DNA of 64,000 nt, from the NCBI GenBank assembly GCA_903875225.1, contig CAIQVJ010000007.1, positions 3,802 through 67,801 of the forward strand, read 5' to 3'. Positions within the stretch are counted from its first letter, which is position 1. Each line of letters starts with the position of its first letter. The position numbers and the translations under genes are program-made. Below the pieces are notes generated by a model, which did not search any database, was not told where the DNA came from, and saw nothing but the letters and a program-made list of their open reading frames with translations. This DNA is from an uncultured Pseudomonadota bacterium (GTDB lineage: Bacteria; Myxococcota_A; UBA796; SXON01). Shown here one piece after another: positions 1-9,330 of the stretch.

Positions 1-480
1 TGGCTCTCGTTGCCTCCGTCGCTCGAGGATGGGCCGCCGGAGGGCATCTACGTCGCGCCAGAGCAGGTGCCGCAGGTCGGGAACGTCCGTGTGCTGCTCG
101 GATCCTACGGCGGGGTGACCAACCCGATCCCCGCGCCCTCGCCGGCCGTGTACCTCGACGTCGTCCTGGACGCGGGAGAGACATGGACCTTCCAGCCACC
201 GGCCGGGCACACGGTCGGCTGGGCCATGGTGTACGCCGGTCGCTCCCGGATCTGCGGCCAGGCGATCGAGGGTGAGCTCGTGGTGCTGGACGAGTCGGAC
301 GGCGGATTCACGGTGGAGGCGGTGCAGTCGTGCCGCGTGCTCGTCGGCTGCGCGCAGAAGCACCCCCACCCGCTGGTGCTGGGGAGGTACTCGGTGCACT
401 CCAACCCCGAGTCCCTCGCGAAGGGCGAGGCCAACATCCGGGTGATCGGACAGCAGCTTCGGCAGCAGGGACGGATGTAG
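1..480 (+). CDS. Pirin family protein, C-terminal part (5' truncated by window edge)
   Basis: Frame open from base 1 (WLSLPP..., the end of the pirin FQLWxxLP motif). C-terminal cupin with HPHPLVLGRYSVHS, typical of pirin-like proteins. Confidence 0.8.
   Translation, partial: WLSLPPSLEDGPPEGIYVAPEQVPQVGNVRVLLGSYGGVTNPIPAPSPAVYLDVVLDAGETWTFQPPAGHTVGWAMVYAGRSRICGQAIEGELVVLDESDGGFTVEAVQSCRVLVGCAQKHPHPLVLGRYSVHSNPESLAKGEANIRVIGQQLRQQGRM
203..243 (+). repeat. 41-bp exact direct repeat, copy 1 (inside pirin CDS)
   Basis: CCGGGCACACGGTCGGCTGGGCCATGGTGTACGCCGGTCGC, identical to 12794-12834. Confidence 0.95.
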
Positions 481-542
481 CCGGAGGCCGGACCCGCGAG
501 TCATCCCCACGTTCGAAAAGCACAACCGCGATATCTTCTCGC

Positions 543-1370
543 ATGCCCGCGCAAAGTCGATCCCGACCGTCCCTGCCGGCCGCCGCGCCGCCGGAGGCCC
601 AGATGTCGCCCGCTGCCCCCGCGGGCAGCCGCGGCAACCAGTTCTACCAGGACCTCCTGCGCGAGGTGCCCCCACCGGCTCCGGGCGGGGGCGGTGCCTG
701 GTCGGCTGTCATCGACCGGATCTGGGAGGGTGCGGAGGCCGAGTCCACGCTGGCCGGAAGGCCGCCGTCCGAGGGCGTCGAGCAACAGACCCCATCGGCC
801 GACGGCGCGTCGGCGCCCATCGAGGTCTCGCCCTCGGGCCGGGCCGCCATGGACGGCCTGGCGGCCGTCGCGTCGACGCGCAAAGCGCAGCCGCCGAGGG
901 GGAAATGCTACAACTACGTCATGGGCGCTGGGAGCAACGCCTACGTGAACCGCGCGGCGGGGGAGAAGGGAACACGACGCTGGCAACAGCTCGCCGATCG
1001 CATCCCCACCGACCACGCAACGTGGGCCGTGAGCTTCGCTCACTGGCTCCAGGAGACGCCGTCAGGCCGGAAGGCCGCCACGGAGCTCGGCTTCGTCATC
1101 TACGAGTCCGATGGAAAGACCCGGCTGGGCGACCACCTCGCCGCGCACCCGGAGTTGAAGGGCAGCGTGGTGGTGATCCCCTACGGGCAGCAAGGGACCG
1201 CGTCGCGGGAGTGGAACGCCGCCGCCCATTACGGGGACAGGAAGTGGGGGGCGGGGGTGGGTGACATCTCGGTTGTGACCGAGATCGGCGCCAAGGGCGC
1301 GACCTACGTCGCCGACGGCGGCGTCCGCCATGACGCGGCGACGATGTGGTGGGTGGTCTACCCGAAGTGA
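543..1370 (+). CDS. Hypothetical protein: low-complexity N-terminus with GNQxxQDLL motif, possible CHAP/amidase-like C-terminal domain
   Basis: ATG 543 preceded by TATCTT-N5. C-terminal GKCYNYV...GSVVVIP...GDISVVT...YVADG pattern. Confidence 0.6.
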   Translation: MPAQSRSRPSLPAAAPPEAQMSPAAPAGSRGNQFYQDLLREVPPPAPGGGGAWSAVIDRIWEGAEAESTLAGRPPSEGVEQQTPSADGASAPIEVSPSGRAAMDGLAAVASTRKAQPPRGKCYNYVMGAGSNAYVNRAAGEKGTRRWQQLADRIPTDHATWAVSFAHWLQETPSGRKAATELGFVIYESDGKTRLGDHLAAHPELKGSVVVIPYGQQGTASREWNAAAHYGDRKWGAGVGDISVVTEIGAKGATYVADGGVRHDAATMWWVVYPK

Positions 1371-1706
1371 GTCCGGGGAGCCGGGCGACACCTCCGGCAC
1401 CCCGCACCCACGCCCCGCACCCACGCAACTGCACACCGAAAGTACCTCCGTCGAGGCGCAGGACGGTGAGGTGCAGGTCCTCGTTCGGGGCGACCTCCGG
1501 ATCGCCATGCGCCTTGAGCTTCCGTGTCAGCGTGGCCTCGTCATCGCGGCAGAGATCCTGCCGATCGAGCTCGCCGACCAGGCGCCCGCGCAGCCCCCAC
1601 CCGGTCTGGTTGCCCCAGAGCCCAACCTCGACCGGGTCGTCGATGCGCTTGTAGGTCCACAACGGGAGCACCAACCCCGGCACGCCGGTCGCCTTCAGGT
1701 GCGGCG

Positions 1707-2834
1707 CTACGGCGCGTGGCAGGTGTCTTCGCGCTCCCACTCCGTGTAGCGTCCGGTTGCACAGAGGTACTGACGCGTGCTGGTGTAGGAGCCGACCCAA
1801 CCCGGTGGGTAGCCAACCTCCTCGCACGTGTTGACCACGACCTCGGGGGCGGGATTCTCGCAAGTCGTGAACGTGTCGAGGTAGGCGGTCCATGCGGCGG
1901 GGTCGCCGGTGAGCGTGCCGTCGCAGAGTGGCTCGTAGTAGAGGTTGTCGATCTGGATCCAGCCGACGTCGGGCGCGAGGTACAGGAGCTGCCAGAAGGA
2001 GCTGTAGCCCGGGATGTGGGGGGTGGCGGCGGGTTGGTTGTCACAGAGCGGCTCGACGAGCCCCGGATAGGTGGCACCGTGCCCGAAGACGACGACCACC
2101 ACGTCGTTCCAGGTGGGGGCTGCGTCGGCCCCGAACCCGTCGCCGCCGTTCCCGTAGGCCGGCGTGTAGCTGTGCAGCGTCTCGACGACCTGCACGGAGC
2201 TCCACGCCCGGAAAGCCGGATCGAACGTGGGCTCGGTGACACCGTCGGACGCGACCCACATCTGGATGTTGTCCTGGGTGTATGGGTCCTCGCCCACCGT
2301 GTGACCTCCGGGCCGGCCGTGGCCGATCACCTGATCGTCGTACACTGCCACCCGACCGAGGCAGGGGATGGTGCATACCGCCGGACTGCCGTCGTCGCCG
2401 GTCAGCGCGAAGCTGTCCGCCACCTCGGAGACCGCACCGTCCGGGTCGTTCCGGAGATGCCAGGTGTCTGCGTAGTACAATGCGTCCTCGGCATCGTCAC
2501 TCCCCGCCGTCACGACGCCGTCGAGGTCGCGGACGGCGGCAAGGTAGTCATGGAGCACGTAGTGCGTGGCTCCAGGCGTGTCGGGCGCGAGCGACAGGCG
2601 CTCGTCCCAGGTCTCGAGCACCTGCTTCAGGTAGACTCGTCCGCTCGGCACCCGGTAGAGCCGAGCCCCGTCGACCACCGGGAAGTAGTCGGACATGTCC
2701 ACCCAGGCGACCACCCCGGTCTCGCCCGTATCGTCCGGGTCACCGGTCCCGGTTTCGCCCACGTCGGTGGGCGTCGAGTCGCGCGCACCGGCCGATGGCG
2801 AATGCGAGCAGGCGAGCACGATCAGGAGGAGCAC
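1707..2834 (-). CDS. Hypothetical lipoprotein
   Basis: GTG start gives MLLLIVLAC followed by an acidic DST/DTG linker and a protein-like globular region. Start is uncertain because the frame is open upstream. Confidence 0.7.
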   Translation of the reverse strand: MLLLIVLACSHSPSAGARDSTPTDVGETGTGDPDDTGETGVVAWVDMSDYFPVVDGARLYRVPSGRVYLKQVLETWDERLSLAPDTPGATHYVLHDYLAAVRDLDGVVTAGSDDAEDALYYADTWHLRNDPDGAVSEVADSFALTGDDGSPAVCTIPCLGRVAVYDDQVIGHGRPGGHTVGEDPYTQDNIQMWVASDGVTEPTFDPAFRAWSSVQVVETLHSYTPAYGNGGDGFGADAAPTWNDVVVVVFGHGATYPGLVEPLCDNQPAATPHIPGYSSFWQLLYLAPDVGWIQIDNLYYEPLCDGTLTGDPAAWTAYLDTFTTCENPAPEVVVNTCEEVGYPPGWVGSYTSTRQYLCATGRYTEWEREDTCHAP

Positions 2835-3129
2835 GTGCCGTATTGGTCCCGAAGCGATGCGTGTGCGAGCCGGCAAGGCTCCCCTTCGGGCGAGCCCGTG
2901 TGACTCCCTGCGGCCCAGATGCCGCTCCGTGGTGAAGGAGATCCACCACGTCGTCGAGCGCTCCCCGGACGAGGCGGGCGGCGGCGGCGTGCAGATGACC
3001 GTCACCGACAATCTGACCGTGATCCAGGTCGCCGTGTTGGGAGGCATCGTGGTGGGTTGCTCGTCCTGTCGATGGGCCCTGCCGCTTCGGGAGGAAGAGG
3101 AAGAGGTCGTGGCGGACCCGCCCCCCTGG

Positions 3130-4035
3130 TCAGGTGAAAAGTCTCCGCGCCCCATCCACCACCGCAGTGACCGCCGGATGCCGGATCCGACGCTCTGCGC
3201 TGATTGCCCAGAAGCGCTCCCGGACGTCCTGCGTCGTGCCGAAGGGGACAACCTCATACTGCCGCGCAACCTCCGCAGCGACCGCTGACGGCGCCGCGAA
3301 GACGCCCAAGCCCGCCTGCCCGAAGGCCTTCATCAGGCCACTGTCTGCGATCTCCGCCACGATTTCCGGCACCAGGTGGAGCCGGTCCAGCCACTCGTCG
3401 AGCGCTCGCCGCAAGGCGGACCCCTGCACAGGCAAGAGCATGCGGGTGCGGTCGAGGCTGCGGGGGAACTCCCCTTCGAGGGCGGCCGCGACCTCCGGTC
3501 TCGCGAAGAAGGTGACCCCACAGTCCCCGATCGCGTGGCTGTAGGCGCGAATCCCGCTGCCCGACGGAACCGGCGCATCCGACAGGACCAGGTCGAGCCG
3601 GTGCGCAGCAAGCTCGGTGAGGAGTGAGGGGATGTCGCCGTCCCGGACGTCCAGGCGGGCGCCTCCTTCGAGGTCCAGCACCGGCGCCAACAGCCGACAG
3701 ACGACGAGCTTCGGCAGCGTGTCGGCCACTCCCACCGCGAAGCGCTGGGGCCGGCCCGCGGGCCGGCCGCGCACCGCCTGGAGGAGCTCCTGACCAAGCC
3801 CGAAGATCTCATCCGCGTAGTGGTACACCGTACGTCCAGCGTCGGTGAGCTCGAGCCGTCGTCCGCGGCGTTCGAACAACGGTTCCCCCAGCATGTCCTC
3901 GAGCTGCTTGATCTGCCCGGACAGCGTGGGCTGGGCGAGCCGCAGCTTCTTCGCCGCCGCGGTCATGCTGCCCTCGCGGGCTGTCGCGTGGAAGTACAAC
4001 AGATGGTGGTAGTTCAACCAGACCGGGATGGACAT
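3130..4035 (-). CDS. nhaR: LysR-family transcriptional activator, NhaR type
   Basis: N-terminal WLNYHHLLYF...AREGS...LRLAQPTLSGQIKQLE and C-terminal AISAERRIRHPAV are characteristic of NhaR. Confidence 0.85.
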   Translation of the reverse strand: MSIPVWLNYHHLLYFHATAREGSMTAAAKKLRLAQPTLSGQIKQLEDMLGEPLFERRGRRLELTDAGRTVYHYADEIFGLGQELLQAVRGRPAGRPQRFAVGVADTLPKLVVCRLLAPVLDLEGGARLDVRDGDIPSLLTELAAHRLDLVLSDAPVPSGSGIRAYSHAIGDCGVTFFARPEVAAALEGEFPRSLDRTRMLLPVQGSALRRALDEWLDRLHLVPEIVAEIADSGLMKAFGQAGLGVFAAPSAVAAEVARQYEVVPFGTTQDVRERFWAISAERRIRHPAVTAVVDGARRLFT

Positions 4036-4104
4036 GGGCCTGATCTATCCATGGATCGATTCAATGGGTCATGTGCGTGCGGAACGGCGAGTCGTATATT
4101 CCAC

Positions 4105-4180
4105 GTCATGACCCCGGAAAACCGGATGATAGGTTTATACGATAGAATTGCAGTGATTTATCTATATTGTCGAACTACGG
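4105..4180. promoter_or_regulatory. AT-rich divergent promoter region with LysR-type T-N11-A box (ATAG-N7-CGAT, 4129-4143)
   Basis: The most AT-rich stretch I noticed, lying between divergent nhaR and terC. T4130-N11-A4142. Confidence 0.6.
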
Positions 4181-4219
4181 GGGGAGAATAAGCTCCGTCC
4201 ATCAACTGGACGGCCCGCT

Positions 4220-5242
4220 ATGGATGTCTCTCTCTTTCCCTTCAACGAGTACTGGTGGTTGTACACAGGGTTCCTGGTCTTCGTCCTCGCGATGCTGGGG
4301 CTGGACCTGGGGGTGTTCCACCGCAAGGCACATGCAGTCAGCTTCAAGGAGTCGGCGGTGTGGACGGTGGTCTGGATCGGCCTCGCGCTGTTGTTCAACG
4401 TCGGGCTGTATGCCTACGCCCAGACCACCTTCGCCTCGAACCCCCGCCTCCTCGCCATCCCCGGCTTCGACCCCGCCGCGGCCGCGGATCGCGTCGGGTT
4501 CGAGTTCCTGACCGGCTTCGTCATCGAGAAGGCGCTGGCCGTGGACAACATCTTCGTGTTCGCGGTGGTCTTCTCGTATTTCGCCATCCCCGCCGCATAC
4601 CAGCACCGCGTGCTCTTCTACGGCATCCTCGGCGCGTTGGCGTTCCGCGCCGGCTTCATCGCGCTGGGGGCCGTGCTGATGCAGTACCACTGGGTCGTCG
4701 TGCTCGCCGGCGTGTTCCTCGTCCTGACCGGGCTCAAGCTGATGTTCGGCCCCGAGAAGCCGATGAAGCCGGACAGCAACCCCCTCGTCAAGTTCATCCG
4801 ACGCTTCCTGCCGATCACGAAAGGCCACGAGGGCGAGCGCTTCTTCGTTCGCAAGGCGGGCGTCCTCCACGGCACCCCGCTCCTCATCGCGCTCATCGTG
4901 GTGGAGTTCTCGGACATCATCTTCGCGATCGACTCCGTGCCGGCCATCTTTGCCGTGACGAAGGAGCCGCTCCTGGTGTTCACCTCCAACATCTTCGCCA
5001 TCCTGGGGCTGCGCTCCCTCTATTTCATGCTGGCGAGCGTGATAGACAGGTTCCACCTGCTCAAGTACGGCCTCGCGCTGGTGCTCGTGTTCGTCGGGCT
5101 CAAGATGGCGTGGCTCAACGAGGGCTTCGGCGGGAAGTTCCCGATCGGCCTGTCGCTCGGCATCATCGGCGCGATCCTCGGCGTGTCGATCGTCGCCTCG
5201 TGGGTCCTTCCGGCGCGCCGCGCACCGGCCGGCATGGGGTAG
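4220..5242 (+). CDS. TerC/Alx family integral membrane protein
   Basis: Motifs EKALAVDNIFVF, QHRVLFYGILGA, DIIFAIDSVPAIFAVT, FTSNIFAILGLRSLYF. Confidence 0.95.
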   Translation: MDVSLFPFNEYWWLYTGFLVFVLAMLGLDLGVFHRKAHAVSFKESAVWTVVWIGLALLFNVGLYAYAQTTFASNPRLLAIPGFDPAAAADRVGFEFLTGFVIEKALAVDNIFVFAVVFSYFAIPAAYQHRVLFYGILGALAFRAGFIALGAVLMQYHWVVVLAGVFLVLTGLKLMFGPEKPMKPDSNPLVKFIRRFLPITKGHEGERFFVRKAGVLHGTPLLIALIVVEFSDIIFAIDSVPAIFAVTKEPLLVFTSNIFAILGLRSLYFMLASVIDRFHLLKYGLALVLVFVGLKMAWLNEGFGGKFPIGLSLGIIGAILGVSIVASWVLPARRAPAGMG

Positions 5243-5536
5243 CCATGGGGCCGGCTCGGGCGACGTCGGTGCCGGTCAACGCATCGTCGTCATCCAGCCC
5301 CCCGTGGGCCCAGTGCGTCGTGTTCCCGAGGCCGCCGGCCGTCGGGGGCCCGGTGGTGCTCGTCGCCCTCTTCCACCTCGTCGGTGCGATGATCGCCTGG
5401 GCTCGGTCGTGGTGATGGCCCCAGGCTTCTTCGCCATCGACCATCTCGGCGGCGCCGGAGGTCCGGGCACCGGCTGGATCCACGCCCCTGCGGAGCCGGC
5501 GGTGGCGCGATACGCCCGCAGGCCCCTGGAGCCGCC

Positions 5537-6400
5537 TTGCTCGCGCCGCTGCACCTCGCAATCCCGAAAGGCAGGATGTACGACTCCGTCGTGCGCCTGC
5601 TCGCCGACGCAGGGGTGCCCCTCAAGGTGGGCGCCCGCGCGTACCGGCCGGCCCTGGGCCTTGCCGGCTTCGAGACCAAGATCCTCAAGCCCCAGACCAT
5701 CGTGGAGATGCTCCACCACGGAACGCGGGACGTCGGGTTCGCGGGGGCCGACTGGGTCGCCGAGAAGGGCGCCGACCTCATCGAGGTGCTCGACCTCGGG
5801 CTGGATCCGGTGCGCCTGGTCGCCGCCGCGCCGCGGGAGCTGCTGGTGGAGGGGCGCCTTCCGGCCAACCGCAATTGGGTGGTCGCGAGCGAGTACGAGG
5901 CGCTGACTCGCGCGTGGATCGCGCAAAAGGGGCTCACGTCGGAGGTCGTGCGCAGCTACGGGGCCACCGAGGTCTTCCCGCCGGAAGACGCCGACTTCAT
6001 CGTGGACAACACCGCCACCGGGTCCACGCTGGTCGCGAACGGTCTCGAGATCTTCGACACCTTGCTGCACAGCAGCACCCGCCTGTGGGCGCACCCCGCG
6101 TCGTGGGCCGACCCGGCCCGGCGCGAGCGCATCGAGCACCTCGCCATGCTCCTGCGCTCCGTCGTCGATGCCCGCTCCCGTGTCATCCTCGAGCTCAACG
6201 TCGGCGCCGCCGACCTCGACCGCCTCGTGGCCATCCTGCCGTGCATGAAGGTTCCGACCGTGTCGCCGCTGCACGGCGGCAAGGGCTTCGCCGTGAAGGT
6301 GGCGGTGCAGCGGAAGATCCTGCCCGAGTTGATCCCGGTGATCCAGCGCAACGGCGGCTCCGACATCCTCGTCACCGAGCCCAGCCAGATCATCCCCTGA
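5537..6400 (+). CDS. hisG: ATP phosphoribosyltransferase, long form
   Basis: LAIPKGR, GATEVFPPEDADFIVDNTATGSTL and a C-terminal regulatory domain (PCMKVPTVSPL). TTG start. Confidence 0.95.
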   Translation: MLAPLHLAIPKGRMYDSVVRLLADAGVPLKVGARAYRPALGLAGFETKILKPQTIVEMLHHGTRDVGFAGADWVAEKGADLIEVLDLGLDPVRLVAAAPRELLVEGRLPANRNWVVASEYEALTRAWIAQKGLTSEVVRSYGATEVFPPEDADFIVDNTATGSTLVANGLEIFDTLLHSSTRLWAHPASWADPARRERIEHLAMLLRSVVDARSRVILELNVGAADLDRLVAILPCMKVPTVSPLHGGKGFAVKVAVQRKILPELIPVIQRNGGSDILVTEPSQIIP

Positions 6401-6401
6401 A

Positions 6402-8150
6402 ATGCCCCCGGTCAGCCAGCTCCCCGCCACCGCACCGGCGATCGCCGGCATGGTGGCGTACCACGTGCCCCGGCACCCCGCGCCGCTCGACCTCCTGCTC
6501 GACGGTATCGGCGGGCTGCCCGCACCCCCGGACCTGTTCGACCGGCTGCTCGGGGCGGACCCGGACGCGCTGGTCCGCGGCTACCCCGACGCGCGCTCGC
6601 TCCAGGCGGCGCTCGCCGCCCGGCACGCGCTCCCCACCGACCGCGTGCTGGTGACCGCTGGCGGGGACGACGCGCTCGACCGTGCCTGCCGCGCCTACCT
6701 GGCGCCCGGTCGGTCCATCGTGCTGCCGTCCCCCACGTTCGAGATGATCGGACGGTACGCCCGCTGGGCGGGTGCGACCATCCACGACGTGGCCTGGCCC
6801 GGCGGCGACTGGCCGATCGAGGCGGTGCTGGCCGCCGTGACAGCGGACACGACCCTCGTCGCCGTCGTGAGCCCCAACAACCCCACGGGGCAGGTGGTCC
6901 GGGGCGACGTGCTCCGGCGCCTGTCCGCCGCGCTCCCCGGCGTGCTCCTCCTGGTGGACCTCGCCTATGTCGAGTTCGCAGACGAGGACCTCACCGCCGT
7001 CGTGGCGGCCCTGCCCAACGCCGTCGCGTTCCGGACGCTGTCGAAGGCATGGGGTCTGGCCGGGCTCCGCGTCGGGTACGCCGTCGGGCCCGCGGAGGTG
7101 ATCGCGGCGTTGAAGGTCGCGGGCAATCCCTACACCGTGTCGGGCCCGAGCCTGTTCCTCGCCGAGGCGCGGATCACCCGGGACGTCGCCGCGTCCGTGG
7201 CGTACGTCGAACAGGTGCGCGCGGGGCGAGACGAGCTGGCAGGCAGCCTGCGGGACCTCGGCCTCGACGCCCAACGGTCGCAAGCGAACTTCGTGTTCGC
7301 TCGCTCGCCGCGGGCCGCGTGGGTCCAGGACGGGATGGCGGGCCTGGGCATCGCCGTCCGCGGTTGGCCCGGCCACGAGACCCTCGCCGATGCCATCCGG
7401 GTGAACGTCCCCGGCACCGCCTCCGAACGCGATCGGGTCCGCGCCGCGTTTCGTTCGGTGATGGCTCCGGAGGCCATCCTGTTCGACGCGGACGGCGTCC
7501 TGGTCGATGTCTGCGGGAGCTACCGAGAGGCGATCCGAGCCACCGCAGCGAGCTTCGGCGTGGAGGTCAGCGCGGCCGAGATCTCCGCAGCCAAGGCTCT
7601 CGGGCACGCGAACAACGACTGGATCCTCACCCGTGCGCTCCTGGCGGCGCATGGCGTGGACGCCAGCCTGGACGCGGTCACCGAGGCGTTCGAGCGGATC
7701 TACCAGGGGCACGGCGCGACACCGGGGCTCAAGCTCGCCGAGCGCGCCCGGGTGGACAGGGCGATGCTGGAGCGGCTCCGGGGCAGGTACCGGATCGCGC
7801 TGGTCACGGGCCGTCCGCGGCGCGACGCGGTGGAGCTGCTGGAGCGCGAGGGATGGCTCGACCTGTTCGAGGTCATGGTGGTGATGGGGGAGGCGCCATC
7901 CAAGCCTGACCCCGCGCCGGTGCGGCTCGCGCTCGAACGCCTGGGCGTCCAGCACGCCTGGATGCTCGGGGACACCGTGGACGACGTGCGCGCCGCGCGC
8001 GCGGCCGGGGTCGTCCCCATCGGCATCTACGCGCCGCCTGCAGAGGGCGACTCGACCGAGGCTCTCGCGGACGCCACGACCCTCCTGCTTCGCGCCGGCG
8101 CCGCCCGGGTCCTGCCATCCCCCACGATGTTGGAGTCGTTGCTGCCATGA
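6402..8150 (+). CDS. hisC: Fusion: histidinol-phosphate aminotransferase + HAD-family (putative histidinol) phosphatase
   Basis: PLP motifs [31 protein letters not shown]-terminal HAD motifs [25 protein letters not shown]. Confidence 0.9.
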   Translation: MPPVSQLPATAPAIAGMVAYHVPRHPAPLDLLLDGIGGLPAPPDLFDRLLGADPDALVRGYPDARSLQAALAARHALPTDRVLVTAGGDDALDRACRAYLAPGRSIVLPSPTFEMIGRYARWAGATIHDVAWPGGDWPIEAVLAAVTADTTLVAVVSPNNPTGQVVRGDVLRRLSAALPGVLLLVDLAYVEFADEDLTAVVAALPNAVAFRTLSKAWGLAGLRVGYAVGPAEVIAALKVAGNPYTVSGPSLFLAEARITRDVAASVAYVEQVRAGRDELAGSLRDLGLDAQRSQANFVFARSPRAAWVQDGMAGLGIAVRGWPGHETLADAIRVNVPGTASERDRVRAAFRSVMAPEAILFDADGVLVDVCGSYREAIRATAASFGVEVSAAEISAAKALGHANNDWILTRALLAAHGVDASLDAVTEAFERIYQGHGATPGLKLAERARVDRAMLERLRGRYRIALVTGRPRRDAVELLEREGWLDLFEVMVVMGEAPSKPDPAPVRLALERLGVQHAWMLGDTVDDVRAARAAGVVPIGIYAPPAEGDSTEALADATTLLLRAGAARVLPSPTMLESLLP

Positions 8151-8737
8151 ACCCCCGCACCACCACCACCCGTCGGGTCACCGCCGAGACCAACGTGACC
8201 CTCACGCTCGCGCTGGATGGAACCGGCCAGTCCACCATCCAGACGGGGCTCCCGTTCTACGACCACATGCTCACGGCGCTGGCCCGGCACGCGCGCTTCG
8301 ACCTCGACATCGCCTGCGTCGGCGACCTGCACGTCGACGACCACCACACGGTCGAGGACGTCGCTTTGACCCTCGGGGAGGCGCTGGCCACCGTCCTGGG
8401 CGACCGGCGCGGGGTTCGCCGCTTCGGCTCGGCGTACGCCCCCCTGGACGAGGCGCTCGCCCGCGCGGTCGTCGACCTCTCCGGCCGCCCCTGGGCCGAG
8501 GTCGACCTGGGGCTCCGGCGGGAGCAGCTCGGCACGGTCTCGTGTGAGAACCTGGGCCACGCGCTGCGGTCGCTCGCGATGGCGGCCCGGATGACGCTGC
8601 ACGTGGACGTGCTCAAGGGGGAGAACGACCACCACCGGGCAGAAGCCGCGTTCAAGGCGTTCGCGCTGGCGCTGCGCCAGGCCGTCGCCCTCGACGGGCA
8701 CGCAGACGTGCCGAGCACCAAGGGCGTTCTGGCGTGA
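8147..8737 (+). CDS. hisB: Imidazoleglycerol-phosphate dehydratase (monofunctional)
   Basis: [40 protein letters not shown] overlap with upstream gene. Confidence 0.95.
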   Translation: MNPRTTTTRRVTAETNVTLTLALDGTGQSTIQTGLPFYDHMLTALARHARFDLDIACVGDLHVDDHHTVEDVALTLGEALATVLGDRRGVRRFGSAYAPLDEALARAVVDLSGRPWAEVDLGLRREQLGTVSCENLGHALRSLAMAARMTLHVDVLKGENDHHRAEAAFKAFALALRQAVALDGHADVPSTKGVLA

Positions 8738-9330
8738 CCATCCACGTCGTCCGAACGGGCGTTGCGAACCTCGCCTCGGTGCTGGCGGCGCTGGAGCGGG
8801 CGGGCGCGGTGCCCGTGCTGGCGGCAGACGCTGACGCGATCCGCGCCGCGGACCGGCTCGTGCTGCCCGGCGTAGGGGCGTTCGGGGCGGCGATGGGGGA
8901 GCTCCGGCGGCTCGACATCGTGCAGGCACTCCAGGAGCGCATCCGGGCGGGGCGCCCCACGCTCACCGTGTGCCTCGGGCTCCAGCTCCTCGCCGCTTCT
9001 AGCGAGGAGAGCCCGGGGGAGGCCGGACTGGGCCTCGTGAGCGCCGCCGTGACGCGCTTCCAGGGCGATGTCCGGGTGCCCCAGATGGGGTGGAACGCGG
9101 TAGAGCCCGAGCCCGGCGCCCAGTGGGTCCGTCCTGGGCACGCCTGGTTTGCGAACACGTTCAAGCTCGACCGCATCCCCGCCGGGTGGACTGGCGCGAC
9201 CGCGGACCACGGGGGACCGTTCGTCGCAGCGATCGAGCGCGGTGACGTGCTCGCGTGCCAGTTCCACCCCGAGCTCTCCGGCGCGTGGGGTGCCGAGCTC
9301 CTCGGGCGCTGGGTCGAGGGCCGATGCTGA
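8734..9330 (+). CDS. hisH: Imidazole glycerol phosphate synthase, glutaminase subunit
   Basis: [15 protein letters not shown] (nucleophile Cys), VPQMGWN, QFHPE. Confidence 0.95.
   Translation: MTIHVVRTGVANLASVLAALERAGAVPVLAADADAIRAADRLVLPGVGAFGAAMGELRRLDIVQALQERIRAGRPTLTVCLGLQLLAASSEESPGEAGLGLVSAAVTRFQGDVRVPQMGWNAVEPEPGAQWVRPGHAWFANTFKLDRIPAGWTGATADHGGPFVAAIERGDVLACQFHPELSGAWGAELLGRWVEGRC

Noticed and set aside
2929-3135. Coding-like plus-strand stretch (VKEIHHVVERSPDE...)
   Set aside because: No clear start or RBS, and it runs into nhaR without a nearby stop. It may be a gene fragment, but support is insufficient.
5395-5430. His-rich stretch (GHHHD) near the start of the his operon as a possible attenuator leader
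   Set aside because: It is on the antisense strand relative to hisG, and no terminator/antiterminator structure is visible.
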